Below are positions 15,301 to 27,984 of a stretch of 64,000 nucleotides of DNA, in pieces. The stretch lies in the NCBI GenBank assembly GCA_030141605.1, contig JAQGDQ010000161.1:372001-436000 (forward strand). Reading direction: 5' to 3'. Positions within the stretch are counted from its first letter, which is position 1. Every line of letters starts with the position of its first letter. Origin of the DNA: Tubiluchus corallicola (lineage: Eukaryota > Animalia > Priapulida). The translations under genes were made by a program, and so were the position numbers. Below the pieces are notes generated by a model. That model worked only from the letters and a program-made list of their open reading frames with translations, did no database searches and had not been told where the DNA came from.

Positions 15301-18300
15301 TAGCTTCAAGATGCAATCGTTCGTCTTGGCGCTAAAAATTTTTGATGAAATAAATTTCAGACACTTAATGCCGCATGGCTAACATTTAACTTAATAAATG
15401 CATGTTTATTCTTTACATTTGTGCAAGGAATTCCCGTTTACTTAATTACAGCGCTGTCGTTAAAAATGTTTTGAGTTTAGTATAACCATGGTTCATTTAC
15501 AGTCAACATGAAAAATAGCACCATACAGCACGACTGATTATTTTAAAACTCCCACTTCCCTACGCACGCCTTCTCGAGCCTGGGAGACTTTGCTGACACC
15601 GGATATAAACCAAGCTATATCCTCTTTAATAGCGTCTTGAATGTCAGACTGCCCTTACTTAAGAGTTTAACTAGAGGAGACTAGCAGGTCGCGCAAAAAC
15701 TTTTACTAGAGGTATTTTTTCCAGGCGACCTACATAAACTAGAAGGTCATTCAAAAAGCGTGCCAAATCATCAACTTATGCATCTAAATATAGGAATTTT
15801 TCTTTTACATAATTTAAACAAGTCCAGCGAAAAGTACTCCTAAGGGCGTGACGTAAACATGAAAATTTCAATTATACAAGGAAGGAAAGTCAATTAACGT
15901 TTGCTTATACTTAAGAAATTCAAAATTTCTGATACACTTTTCAGTCAAAGTTATAACATAAATTATAACGTAACGGACTTTTTTATACAATTCGTAAATA
16001 ACAATCCAGCATTCAATTGTTGGCTGTGGCAGGACTGTAACCTAGCTCATTATTAAGGCTAAGCCTCTGATACACTGAACCATAAGAGTTACAATGTGAA
16101 TATATACATCCTTCCTAAGTAAACGGACAGGATCAATATGGTGAATGAAACTTCTCAGACCGAGTATTTAACTCGTGCGGAGACCAAGCATGTACTAAAA
16201 GCCTCAATGTTACTTAACATCGGGCGCTAAGCGCATATCGTGACTACTTGATCACCACCTCTCCCAAAGTGGTTAGAATTACTGTAAAAGCTGCAAGTTA
16301 GTTCAAGCCTGACTCTTAGAACAGAGTGACTCTTAGAATGATAATGATGGGACGGCCATCTTAATGAAATCTGTCATTTCAGCTATGAAACCTAATTCCA
16401 TCTCGATAATAATTGCACACTTCTGTTATAGAGCAAATATACTAATATTCTATTCCAAAAATTCCATTTACTTAATATCAATGACATTAATAAACTTAAA
16501 AATGTCTGTTTTGTATACAAATTCTTGAATAATCTTAATATTCATAATATTTTTAACAATTTTTTATTTATAATAAAAAACAAGCCAAAGCGCAAAACTA
16601 CACAGGCAAACAACTTCCATGCTACCAAGTGGAAAACCAATATTTTAAAATATTTTAATAAATATAACGGCACCATTGAATGGAACAATATTACATGACA
16701 TAAAAAAATGTTAGGAATGTGAAACACCTGAAGACCAAAATGAAAATGTTTTTACTTAGTTTTTATTAAGTTGTGATTTTAGTTTGAGCATAATATTGTA
16801 TTGCAATTGTCATGTTTTTATATTCGTCATTTTAGTTTTATATTAATACTTTATATGATGCTTTTTAATTAGGTCGCATTTTACTCTTTTTATTGGTCAA
16901 CTAACAAAAAATAAATATGTTTCTGCAGCATAAACAAATGAATAAGACTTTAACATCTCCCATAACAATATATAGGAACGTTTTTTGTTGTTATTGATGT
17001 TGATCTAAAACAATGAGCTACAATTATTTTGAGTAGTACAAGATTTCATTGATCAATTGCAATCTGATATTTAGTTGTTGCTCTATTATAGTGACCACTC
17101 CTTAATTCCTCCTTACTAACCCCTTTTTAAATCCTGCTCTAGCATTCACTTCAATTCAAATTAATATTACGGTAACTAAGACCATATAAAATACAAATAC
17201 AGTACTAAAATGAAATAAAATACAATGAAATAAAAATACAAGATTACGTAAATACAGGGTTAGTAAATTAAGAGCTAAGTAAATTTCAGAAACTAATTAC
17301 GTGTGTAATTATTCATTCTATTTGACAAAAAAGCAAGAGTTGACAAAAACAGTTATAATACCATTGACTGTGAGCAGCAATGACCTGTTGCGAATGCTAT
17401 AACACGATCTTCTACGAATCTAACTAAAATGGGGGTAGAGATAGGCTTACACACATGCCAGAAGCACTGCAGTAGTACTTTAAAAAGAGTTTTCTGATAC
17501 CATTGTTGTATGCAATATGCAGTCTATCCTGAATTGATTCATTGTAATTATTTTAGAGTGTTTTTACTCACAAATCACCCAAGCTTTGCTTTCAGACTGA
17601 TTTGCGACCCAGTGGCATGTTGTGAATAAGATTTAAAATTATTATTATTATTAATAAGCGAACTCGTTAAAATTCTTAGATTCTAATGGCATCTTGTCTT
17701 TAGACAATTATATAGTGTATATATGTGTAATATTATGTAATACTTAAGTAATACCGGTGTTGTGTCAAAGTAAAAGTAATCTTAGACTTTAAATAGCAGA
17801 ATTTCTTATGACCGGCACTTGCCAAAAGGATTTTGTGAAATTGTGTTACTGTGAAGTACTAGATTCAAGGTGAAGCGCAGACAGGAAAGGTCAGTTGCCA
17901 ATCTAGACATCGAATTTGGTAAACAAGAACTACACCAAGTATAAACCTAACTATGCATTCTATGAATTCTTGCATTAAAATTAAGTAAAAAGAAAGACTG
18001 GCACAACTTCGGGCAATTCATATTCCACATATTTAACACAAGTCGTTTAATTTGCTGCTTTCATCAATTATTTCCATAACTATAAATTCAATGCACGTAA
18101 ACTAAGTAGCACCAGTGTGCCGTTTTGATGGCACCTGAGGCCCTCCAAAAGTTTAAGTGTAGAACTCACACCTATACATTACAGTCTTAGCCTAGGCCCA
18201 AAAATATGTGAGAAAATATCTTAATAAAAAATTACACGTTCTCGAAGGAAGGTTGGGCCCCCAGGGACCATGGGCTCTCCCAATTGAGGATACGAGGGGC

Positions 18301-21300
18301 TCTGAGTAGTACAAACACGAACAAACTATTTCCTGCTCGTAAACTTTTCCGTTGAAAAATTAATTAATTTTTAATTTTTCCGTGCAGTGTACTAGTTTGT
18401 AATCCATATAGCAGTTCTAAACACAATAATTTATGATGCCATTATCTTCCTAACAGCATCTCTCAGCCGAGAAATTGCTACTTTATTTTGTCGGTTATGA
18501 TATTTTTATGCTCAGTTTTTACTGTGCAGCATTTCTGAGACGAGCTGCTATAATACTCTCGAAGACTAGAACAAAATTTTACCAGCCGACTGAGCCGAGG
18601 TAGCAGATGACTGATGCATCAGATTTTAATCAAGGAGCGAAAAGGGTTTTGCTACATTAACAGCACTTAAAATTAAATGTGCTTAATTATCAGTGTATGA
18701 GTTAAAAATCTTGTGTATTAGTTCCTAATATTTGGCTTTCCTAAAATAAGCCAGATTCTGGCAAAGCTATTGAAATGTCAGGGTCAGGGTAAGAAGTCAT
18801 AATGAATATGAAATGCTGAATCCCATCTTCGAAAATTGGGTAAATTTACAATTCGAAATTATTACAGGAAACTGGTGTTTTACAATGTTATCTTTTGAGG
18901 TCTTGAACTCTGAAAAAGACGCAGCTTGTAATTTTTGCTAATGTAGAGAAAGGCCGACTGAACAAATACTTAAACTCAAATAAATCAATTGCCAGCTTAA
19001 GCATTTGAGAATGCTGTTGCTGGGCTGAAATATTCTGCCCTCTGGGTGATATTAGTTTATTGTATTAAAAAGCTGCACACATACGCTGCCATAATGCTAC
19101 CCAAGTCGTAGGAGTTTCGCAATAAACTACACTGTACGAAATGTAAACGCTACACACTTAACATGGTTTTTAGAGTGTAACACTTTTAAGATACTTTAAC
19201 ATGTTTACAGCTATACAGGTATTTTACAAATAATATCATTTGCGCATTTTAATGACAAGTGCTTCTTATCAGTCAAAATTTTGGTGATAAATTTCGTTTT
19301 CAGCCAAGACATGAAATTAGGGCGTCCCACTTACAAAGCAAATGCTGCTAATTTTTCATTAGAACTGCAAAACAGAAGTACCTTCACATTCGTTAAATGA
19401 AAAATGGCCTTTAACTGTTTCCAAAATAGTAGTTTTTCGCAACACCATGAACCCGGGACACTCGTTTAAGGTAACAAACAAATCAAGAGAAAGAGAGAGA
19501 GGGAGGGGAAAATGGAGATGGAGAAGGAGAAGGGAGATGGAGAAATAAATAAATAAATCTTTTATATTACATTATGTTTACATAACGTAAATCCCTCTAA
19601 GTGCAGGGTAATCTGACAAAAAATAAATCACAACAGAATAAAAACTTTACAAACAATGTCAAAAACGTATCACATCTGAATTGTGAGGTAATGTTAGTAA
19701 ATCGTGGGTGCAGTTTTGCGTAAAAAACTGTATTAGGAAAATCACTGATAGGACGGTAGTATATGTAAAATTAGCTATGAACGTGAGGGAGTATGTACAA
19801 GGAGGGATGATAAATTTGTGAATGGCAGCTTTAAAACGGGTGTGCAAACAAGTTAAATAATAAATTTATGTTGATTTACATTCTAAATAATGTGCACAAT
19901 TATTTGGACTATATTGACTAAACGCTCAACATAGTGATAAGATTACGATCTACTACATAGATCTAGGCATCATTAATAAACGAGCATGTTTTTGGTAATC
20001 CACTCATTTTCAATTTCAACAAATATATTGCAGGCATTCTTGTCTCTGAAACGACAAATGATCTTTAAATCCAGACTTGGAATTGCAGTCTGCATGCATG
20101 CTCGTAGATCATTTCGCACAAGAGGGCAACTAAATGGTTAGGTGTTTGGTCGTCTGTACTACACTTGCATTGTTGGTATCAAGGGAGAGAAAGAGAGAGA
20201 GAGAGAGAGGAAGAGAGATGAGAGAGAGGGAGAGAGAACAAGATTCAGATGTGCTATATTTGCACTACGAACAAAACAGGCAGACGCAACCCAGTTATTG
20301 ATTCATTACACCCAGTTTGACCATTTCTATATGTGCATAAATAGCAAGACAAAGTATCACATAAGGCAAATACAACATTACAGATTAAATAGACCATCGC
20401 TACATTAAGAAATACATGCACTTATGAGACACATGTAAAATCCAATCTATATATGCAATCTTCACTTATTAAGCGGCCATACTTCTCTTTTGCTTACAAA
20501 TATGATGTATATGCTGCATATTTATTTGCAGATTATTCCAACTATTTACCGTTTGCCTAGAGGTTAAAACACCTGTACATAAATTGTACTGCACCTAATG
20601 AACATATCGATAACTCGATGTTTTCTTTGTTCTACTGCACAGTGTCACATTTACTGTAAGAGAATGATTTACGGGATCTAGAAAGTCTAAGCTTTGCTAT
20701 AAAACGAGGATAAATGTCCAGCACTGGAACGCCACAAAGGAAATAGACGGCAGTATTTCATGATATTTCAAGCTAGCCAGCCGCTTTCAACGTTTTCCTA
20801 GCTTAGACTTGTCTGAACCGTTGTAAATGTTTGCCCTTGAGAATCGAAGCTTATAAATAACAGGAAAATGATGAAGGTTGAGTACGTTTTGATGTCTTCA
20901 TTCCCTCCCTTGATGACCAAGCATGGAATATTCCTCATGCTGAATATGAAGCCAGGTATTTCACAAATGCCATGGTGCAAAACATCCACTGTACATCATC
21001 CAGGAATGAAAATGTCACTGACTTGCGATACAGTTATTCTGCCTGCTACTGTCTTTTTGCAATTCGTAATCTTATTTATCAATGTCACAGCCGATCTTTT
21101 TCTTTAAACGAAAAGTGATATGTCTTGTGCTGGCGGGCAATTGGGTTTTTCAGAATTTGGTCAAAACAGGCCAGCAGCAATTTCAAGAAAACTTTTTCTA
21201 GTTGAGGGTGCAGCTAAAGTTAGCTTATGAAAATAAACGCCATTGATTCATTGTTTAATAACAGTTACCTATTACTGTTAGGGGTGAGCATTCTCTACCA

Positions 21301-24023
21301 GAATACGAATTCGAATCGAATTAAGTTTTAAAGATTTTGGAAAACAAGTTTTCGAACCTCTAGTAAAAAGTGGTCTTACAAAGATCATACATAGTACTTG
21401 AGTTTGTTCTGCAGTAAAACCACTATTAGTTTAAAAATTTTGCACAGAAACTGCAGCGAAATTGTGCTATTTGCATGCTGTTTCAAACATTTTAATGATA
21501 TGAGGCTGAAGTGCTGAATTATTCGAATTTGATTCGTACGATCAAACGTGAAAGTTCGATGCTCACCCCTAATTACTGTTGTTATTAATGTTAAACAGTT
21601 TTAACAGTAATAACAACAGTAATAGTGATAGTAATAGTAACCGTAACAATAACAGTGCGATGACGATGATGATAATAATAAAGGTAATAACAATAACAAC
21701 AACAATAATAATAGTAATAATGATAATACTAATAATTTTATTGCCTAAAATCCATACAAAAATGCTGTTTGGCATTTGAGCAAGAAAAGTTTGTGAGCCA
21801 AACATCAAAAAGTATGCACTGTTAAGCTGACACAGTGTAACATAACAAAAACTTAAAAGTTCCTAAAAATAAAATGTTTTCATTTGATGTTTCAAAGCCC
21901 TAGCGATCATGTTTCCATAGAGATCACTATGGTTTCCATGGTGACTGCATATTAATTTTGCAATGGTACCACTACACGTATTTAGCTAGAACTTGAGTAA
22001 ATCTTAAAACTAAAAAAAGTAACAAATTTCAAAACTTCCTGCTTCCTATGGCAAAAAACTAACGACACAAAAAATACAGCAAAAGTTATATTTGCTGTTC
22101 ATTTAAATAATACTGTCACTGTTTTGAAATTATTTTGAGTGCTCAGTATGCCGTACTTTTTGAATTTAAAAAAATCTCATTTTATAATAATTTTCGAAAA
22201 TGGATCAAATCCAAAAGACAGTTCAAAATAATTTTCAAAACTACCTAAATATTTTGCTCTAAACCGAAATGGAGAAGAATTTGAATCTCAATTTTTAACT
22301 ATTTTTCAAACCAAACTTATTCAAATCTATGCAGTTTTTAATGGAATTATCTCAGACTGATAAGGCAGCAGTGATTTTCACGAAAGATTATAGATGACCT
22401 GTCTGAACAGTAAGAAAACTATGATTTGGTTTTTCTAAAGTAATGTATACATGAAATCTTAGCATTTTTGTTGAAACTAGAGTTAAAATCACAATGTGGT
22501 GCGTTCGTTTGTGTAGGATTTCATGAGCTAGACACAAGCTGAAACTGAATAATTATGGCGACATTTGCTTACCTCAAGAAGGACAAACTTATCAAAAAAG
22601 GCAGCAATTTAAGTAATTTTACTGAAAAACTTAAAGGCGAAAGAGTGTATAATTGCTTTTGTACTAAAGTAATATCGAGTCACCTCTGAAATTTTTTTTG
22701 AAAAAACTCTGCCAAATTGGGTTGAAGACCACTCCTTCTTGTAAAAAAACATTAATTTCGAGAGTTCACTATACTTCGCTGAAGCCGAATGATTTTTCTA
22801 ATTCCTACCTATTAGTTCCTCCTTGGAAATGATGGTGGCGTCAAGGATCATGGGTCCATTAAGAATGACATATCGCAGCTCGAATAAGGCATTGAGAGAC
22901 ACCGTAGAGACATGAGGTTTGGACCATCTTTGAGCATCAACCTCCACATTCTCCTCAAACTTGATCCATCTGTAACAACAAACTCATGAAAACAAAAACA
23001 TGTGGTGGGGCGAAAGTCAGTGGGTATGTGTACATTCGTACATGTCTTGATAATGAGTCGAGCTCTTCTACATAATTGGCAGGAAATTTTGCTCATCTCA
23101 TCTGGGTTATTAACAGTGCTCCTCGTTGTCGTTCCTCAAAAATTGTCATTACCTCATTATAACTTAAAATTCTTAACTTTGACTGGTCTTTAGGACTGAA
23201 GTATGCTTGTTTTAACAACAGATACGCATCGCCTTTATTAATGTAAAGAAAAAAACACAAGTGATGTATTATAATTTCTTTCAATGTAAAATTATATATC
23301 AATAACATCAAAAAGATGCAATTAGGCATTTACAAAAAAGACTGGCAAAAAATTTACAAATTAAAATTAATACAAATTTGCTGTAAAAATGCAATTATGC
23401 TTATTAAGAAGCTTTGTAAAATTTCTCAATGTACCAGTTTAACAATTTACATAATCATCAAACGCAAATTACTGATTATTGAAATTATTAAAAAAATTTA
23501 AATAATGTAAAAATAAAAATATCTGGCTTTGTTCTGGAATCAAATTAAAATTATTATGGGTCTTAAAGATACTTAATACATATATGTCAGCTAAAATGTC
23601 ATGACTTATACCCAAATGTAGTTGCAGAAAGCATTTAAAATCATTTTTGTTTTTATCACCTTGCCATCTCCCGCCATATTTGCTCGCCTCTCTTATTTAT
23701 GACCAATTCATTAAGTTCAATGAAGAGAGGGTGCTCCTGCTCTCTATCATCAGCCTGCAAGACATTACGCAGCTCATCAGTGAATGATGCACCTGAAATG
23801 ACAGATAAACAGTTATAAAACACTTGCACCTTAACCTCTGGTTAGCAGGTGAAGTAAAAAGGCCTAATCAATATATAGAATTTTTAAAATTTGATGATGT
23901 TTATATAAGCTGCCCCACTTTACGTTTGGATGCTAGTGGCGTGCCATGCTTAGGTACATTTTATTGATCAAATGATTGGAAGTTAATGATTATGATGTTA
24001 TATATCCGAGAGGGTGGAGATGG

Positions 24024-24099
<76 letters not shown>

Positions 24100-25629
24100 A
24101 GCAGCAAGCCGTGAAATGTTAATTGAAATGACAAGGATCAAGCAAATTAATTTATTATAAAGCAATATGAAGGCCATCAAATGTCATTTTCTCCACATGC
24201 ATTTGTTTAAATTTAATGCGATTACCGAAACCTTCCAATATTGTGCATAGGCATTTATTAGGTATGACACAAATCTATACAAACTGCGTACTTGTAGGTA
24301 TTTACATAATAAAGATATACGCGATATTTTGCGTTTAGTTCACAAACGTAGCCTACAGGCTCAGGAATAACCAGTTTAAAACGATTCCATATCTCTATTA
24401 ACTATGAAATACTCATCATTAAACAGCACCTATTGAAGAAATAGTCACAAAATTAAAATAACTTTTGTGCCTAGTAACTCGAGTGGCTCATGAAAAAAAA
24501 TCAACATTTTTCAAATTGCTTGTCAAGAACTATTACACGCTTCCAAACAAAAGACGTCATGGAGGTAAAGAACTCAAGTTTCATTTTCTTAAATAAAATC
24601 TGAAAATTTACTGAATATTACTAGAGGCATTTCAATTTTCAACGTCTATTACAAAACAAGTAAATAAGTTAAAAAAGCAGACTGGTTTTTCAAGGTAAAA
24701 ATGCTTAACGATCCAGTACAGTGGTTTCATTAATCAGCTGAAATTTTTTTGAAACAGAAAATGCAGAACTCTGTACCATCATGATCTAATTACACCCGTA
24801 TTCTTGAGTTAGTGATCTGCCTATCACAGTCTCAAGCCTCAAGTCTTTTTACTGTGCAGGACTATAAAGTGGATTAAAATCCATATATAATCAACAAAAC
24901 GGCTATATTTAATCTATAAATCCTAAACACTTAAATGACTGACTTCAAGATAAAGTACACAGCAGTGATAATAACACTTACTTCGGTTGGGACTCGAACC
25001 CGGAGGCCCTTGTTTTACTCGTGCAATTATTGTAGCAGGTTAAAGTCCTGCAATATCCTCGAGGTTAATCACTTGGCGAAATTTTTAATAATTCTTAAAT
25101 GATAATTTCCTTCCTCTATTTTTGAAACATTGTGTGTGCCTCAGTCTTATTATGAATGTAATGATATAATTATTTATAGCCCGTGCTATAATTGCTTAGC
25201 AACACAGTTGGTGTCCATTCTGCAGATTACAGTTTTGAATAAAGATAACCATTGACGCAACCTACCCTGAGCTCATTACTAATTTCCTCATCTTTAATGG
25301 CGGAAACTGGAAGCTATCGTGGCTTTCCCCTCGAGTGCTCAGCATCAAATATTAATTTAATGAAGCACGGAAAGCAAGTGATAAGTAAAACAGGCTGTAT
25401 TAACGCAAAATAGAAAATACTCTGCGGGCTTCATAATGCACATTTAATTATAAAATTTAATAGCTCCCATTAGTGCTCATTTTTCTCACAAATTTAGCAA
25501 AATAATTTGATCTCATTCGTTAAGTCACGTTCCTTTATAGAGCTTCTTATCGCGTTTTACTGTTTTTCAAAACTAGCCCATAATCTCTCTTTCCCTCTCT
25601 CTTTGTCTCGCCTCCCTCCCAGTTTTTCT

Positions 25630-25669
<40 letters not shown>

Positions 25670-26677
25670 GTTCCGGTTCTCCTCGTCAGCCAACATCACT
25701 ATTTCATCTGGCGTTCTAAAGCAAAATTAACAAAAATCGATTACCCAAATCGTCGATAGGGGTCCTAACCCGCCTCATTATATTAAATCAAATGATTAAT
25801 TACAAATATCGATTTCAGTGAACACTGCACAGGCGATGAGCACAACTACTTGATTGATTTATAAATACCCAGATTACATAATCTATAGACTCGGCATGAC
25901 CGGAAATGAGTCTAAAAAAGGTAAAAAAATGATCAACTCGGATATCCGGAAAAAGATTCTGAGATACATTTGATAAACTAACCAGGGCTTATATAGCATC
26001 GAATCTATTTCCATGAATAGACTATATGATAAATGTTTTGGTCACTTTATTTTTGAAAATACTGGCAAAATAATGCATAATCATAAAATAAACGATACAC
26101 GCTATTTGATATCGCAGTTATTCATAAAACTCAATTGTCATATCGTCAATGTGGGTAGTAAAAGCTCACAGTCCCTCATATGCAGCTTTGAAATTTCGAT
26201 TTAATGAGGCAGTAACGTCGCAATCTCGTGGAGAGTTTTCGGTCTATATCATCAATTTTTTGCTTATGCATTTGTAACTTTTACAAAATTGTACAGTTAA
26301 TCTACAAATGAAAGTGTAGGAAAATGCTTTCTAAGAATTGAACCCACGACCTTTGGATTATTAAACGTGCCACATGTTACACCAGGACAACTCATTTGAC
26401 ACTGAAACTGATTCTCGTTTATAACGTGGTCTTGCTGGCCCACATTGCATTACATTTTCTCAAACAAGCGAAGCAAATTTTCTCACTAAATATCGTTACT
26501 GGCACGCAGGCAGCAGCTAAAAGTTCAAGCAGCTGCATATTTTAGCAACAGCGTGCCTGTAAATTGACTCCAGTAAACTTCGCGTTCTGACGAACCATAG
26601 CAAATTTTTAAAAACTTACTGCTTTCGACTTTCGCTAGTGCCTCCTCGGGGGGAAGATCTAGAGATATTCTTCCCAT
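1..26677 (-). CDS. SLC4-family bicarbonate transporter (Band 3-type cytoplasmic domain, NBC/NDCBE-like); 5' portion, continues beyond position 1
   Basis: Phase-compatible GT-AG exons in transcript order: 26620-26677, 23660-23792, 22809-22969, 12146-12271, 5414-5538, 1152-1400, 1-238. Translation has the SLC4 motifs [53 protein letters not shown] and [22 protein letters not shown]. The subfamily cannot be fixed without the membrane domain. Confidence 0.93.
1152..1400 (-). CDS. SLC4 exon ([27 protein letters not shown]...[12 protein letters not shown])
   Basis: AG acceptor at 1402-1401, GTAATG donor at 1151; 249 nt, phase 0/0; overlaps ORF 1116..1385. Confidence 0.95.
1515..1833. mobile_element. 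Degenerate palindromic MITE (PIF/Harbinger-like)
   Basis: Right end gaaaacttgctagtctgaacgtacca is an imperfect inverse of left gcattcgactgccaggttttct; internal repeats of gcaagtt/aacttgc and agtctgaacg. Confidence 0.4.
3305..3392. repeat. (CT)n microsatellite
   Basis: Direct reading; produces the spurious ER/SL ORFs. Confidence 0.98.
3601..3701. mobile_element. About 100-bp foldback mini-MITE
   Basis: tataggagtgtcaaaaaaattttgcaaaaaag is the near-inverse of ctttttgcaaaactttttgactactcctata; TA at both ends. Confidence 0.55.
5414..5538 (-). CDS. SLC4 exon, variable linker ([16 protein letters not shown]...VDTQQK)
   Basis: Polypyrimidine tract plus cAG acceptor, GTATTT donor; phase 1/0 bridges the flanking exons; little motif support. 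Confidence 0.7.
5765..5850 (-). mobile_element. Degenerate 5S-rRNA-like (SINE-type) fragment
   Basis: cacgtccatttaataactaggcccagaactgtttaacttc resembles the reverse complement of the 5S segment cccatccaagtactaaccaggcccgaccctgcttagcttc; heavily diverged. Confidence 0.35.
7126..8603. mobile_element. Non-autonomous hAT (Tip100-like) DNA transposon
   Basis: TIRs CAGGGCC(A/G)GC...GCCGGCCCTG; 8-bp TSD acaaagca/acaaagct (7/8 match); subterminal ggcgccc/ctaggcaa repeats. Confidence 0.85.
12146..12271 (-). CDS. SLC4 exon ([42 protein letters not shown])
   Basis: ctgcAG acceptor, GTAAGT donor; 126 nt, phase 1/1; resembles the SLC4 V..ALL..H.HQ helix. Confidence 0.85.
13732..14268. mobile_element. hAT (Blackjack/Ac-like) MITE
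   Basis: Termini TAGG(G)TTGCCAC...GTGGCAACCCTA; repeated subterminal ctcctgattt; no recognisable TSD. Confidence 0.7.
18113..18304. mobile_element. Short hAT-like MITE
   Basis: CAG...CTG termini, 8-bp TSD agtagcac/agtagtac (7/8 match), internal ggccc motifs. Confidence 0.6.
19545..19860 (-). mobile_element. Possible old LINE 3' end
   Basis: Minus-strand frame ends ...VIRF-stop, followed by UTR-like sequence and a (TTTA)n tail; weak. Confidence 0.3.
21279..21571. mobile_element. hAT MITE, apparently young
   Basis: Perfect 13-bp TIR TAGGGGTGAGCAT/ATGCTCACCCCTA; perfect 8-bp TSD attactgt (21271-21278, 21572-21579); subterminal ttcgaa repeats. Confidence 0.9.
22809..22969 (-). CDS. SLC4 exon ([32 protein letters not shown]...)
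   Basis: Hallmark WIKFEE/RWSKPHV motif; GT-AG; phase 2/1. Confidence 0.95.
23660..23792 (-). CDS. SLC4 exon ([44 protein letters not shown])
   Basis: HPLF.EL.EL and W.E.AR motifs; GT-AG; phase 1/2. Confidence 0.92.
24028..24098. repeat. (GA)n microsatellite
   Basis: Direct reading. Confidence 0.98.
26620..26677 (-). CDS. Probable first coding exon of SLC4 ([19 protein letters not shown])
   Basis: ATG at 26677 with an in-frame stop upstream; GTAAGT donor in phase 1 fits the next exon; an acceptor at 26742-26741 implies a further non-coding exon upstream. Confidence 0.7.
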
Positions 26678-27984
26678 TGTAGCGATTGAAACCTTCGCAA
26701 ATTCCGGCTCACGCTTTCTACATGGAGACTTCAGCTATTCCTACAATAACCACAACAGAAAATTAAAATAAATACTTTATCCCTGCAATAAAATAAACGT
26801 TTACGCGGAGCAGCTATAGAATAAAGCTTTCAACCCAAGAGAACTGCGTATTATGAATTTGCAATGGTCGCATAGTTGTATACCAAAGTTCGTCGCGACA
26901 AAGGCATTAACTTCCACACATCCCTGATTAAATAAGATGACATGTGGTATCAGAAGAATTAAACACATGTGTCTGTGTAAACCGTAAACAAGCCAAAGTC
27001 CAAGACTAATAGTACTCCGTAACTAGTGGTCAATCCATGGCGATTATGGGATTTAACAAAATGATAAAAAACAAGAATAGCAGAAACGCTAGCAGTGGTA
27101 ACGATGACAGCAGAGACAGAAGAAAACAATACAACAGCAGCAACAACAATGGAAGAAAGAGCTACAGTAACAGAAAAGGCAGCACTAGCTGCCACAAGCA
27201 ACAAATTCCGAACACCGCGTGTATGTTTATTGTTTAAATGTTTAAATTTACTTAATTGTGTAAACCATACATCTACATGCAAAACACGAACGTGACACAC
27301 ATTGTGACACACATCATGCTTGTCAAGTTGCCAGTCAACTCGAATACCAAAATGAAAAACAAGCCTACGAAATTCATTACCTACGTTAACAGTTGTAGGC
27401 AATTAAGCTAAGTGCAATTTTAAACAACTTGTTGTATGACAGTAAAGTTGTAACACACTACATGAATACAGAAACATAAAATGCAAATTGTATTTGTAAT
27501 ACTATTGCAATTCCAATACATACGAAAATGAAATGTTTACTTTCACCTCAATATAAAATATTTTTCAATAACACATACTACAAGCAGGCCTATAAAGTAC
27601 TGTAACATAAGATCTACGTAAATAATCGCCGAATTATTCCACCGTATATACAAGTACATTTAATTATGATTGATATCATACATGTACTTACACAAACGTG
27701 GACACCTACTTGCCTGTTTTGCCTATTTTGCATTACCTGGTCTAAGCCCAACAAACGCGCATTACAAACAAGTATCATATCTTATCACGTCTAAGTACAT
27801 CTTCACACATAGGCCTACTGCATGCATGGCATGACCACTGACTTTCATGGTAGTGGTTTGTGCAGAATTTGCACCTGCAAGGTAGATAGCCGTTTAAAAC
27901 ACGTGTTTTGAACCTCTAGTAAGCCCCAGGCCATGAAAAGTCTGGTTCGACTTCATTTTGACTTTTGATTCCGCAGCTATAGGC

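Noticed and set aside
20700-21110. Possible transposase C-terminal remnant (IHCTSS...SACYCLFA in a frame with stops)
   Set aside because: Resemblance is too weak and no termini are visible; would need BLASTX.
24975-25012. tRNA gene (B-box-like GGTTCGAGTCCC on minus; similar traces near 13670, 26335, 32490)
   Set aside because: No A-box or cloverleaf can be built; at most SINE remnants.
25266-25345. Alternative SLC4 first exon ([26 protein letters not shown], minus strand)
   Set aside because: Its donor is in phase 2 while the next exon needs phase 1; the phase-1 frame contains stops.
26959-27402. 147-aa hydrophobic ORF (also 21569-21808, 58323-58592)
   Set aside because: Arises from degenerate trinucleotide (AAC/AGC/AAT/GAT) low-complexity tracts; no domain motifs or splice support.
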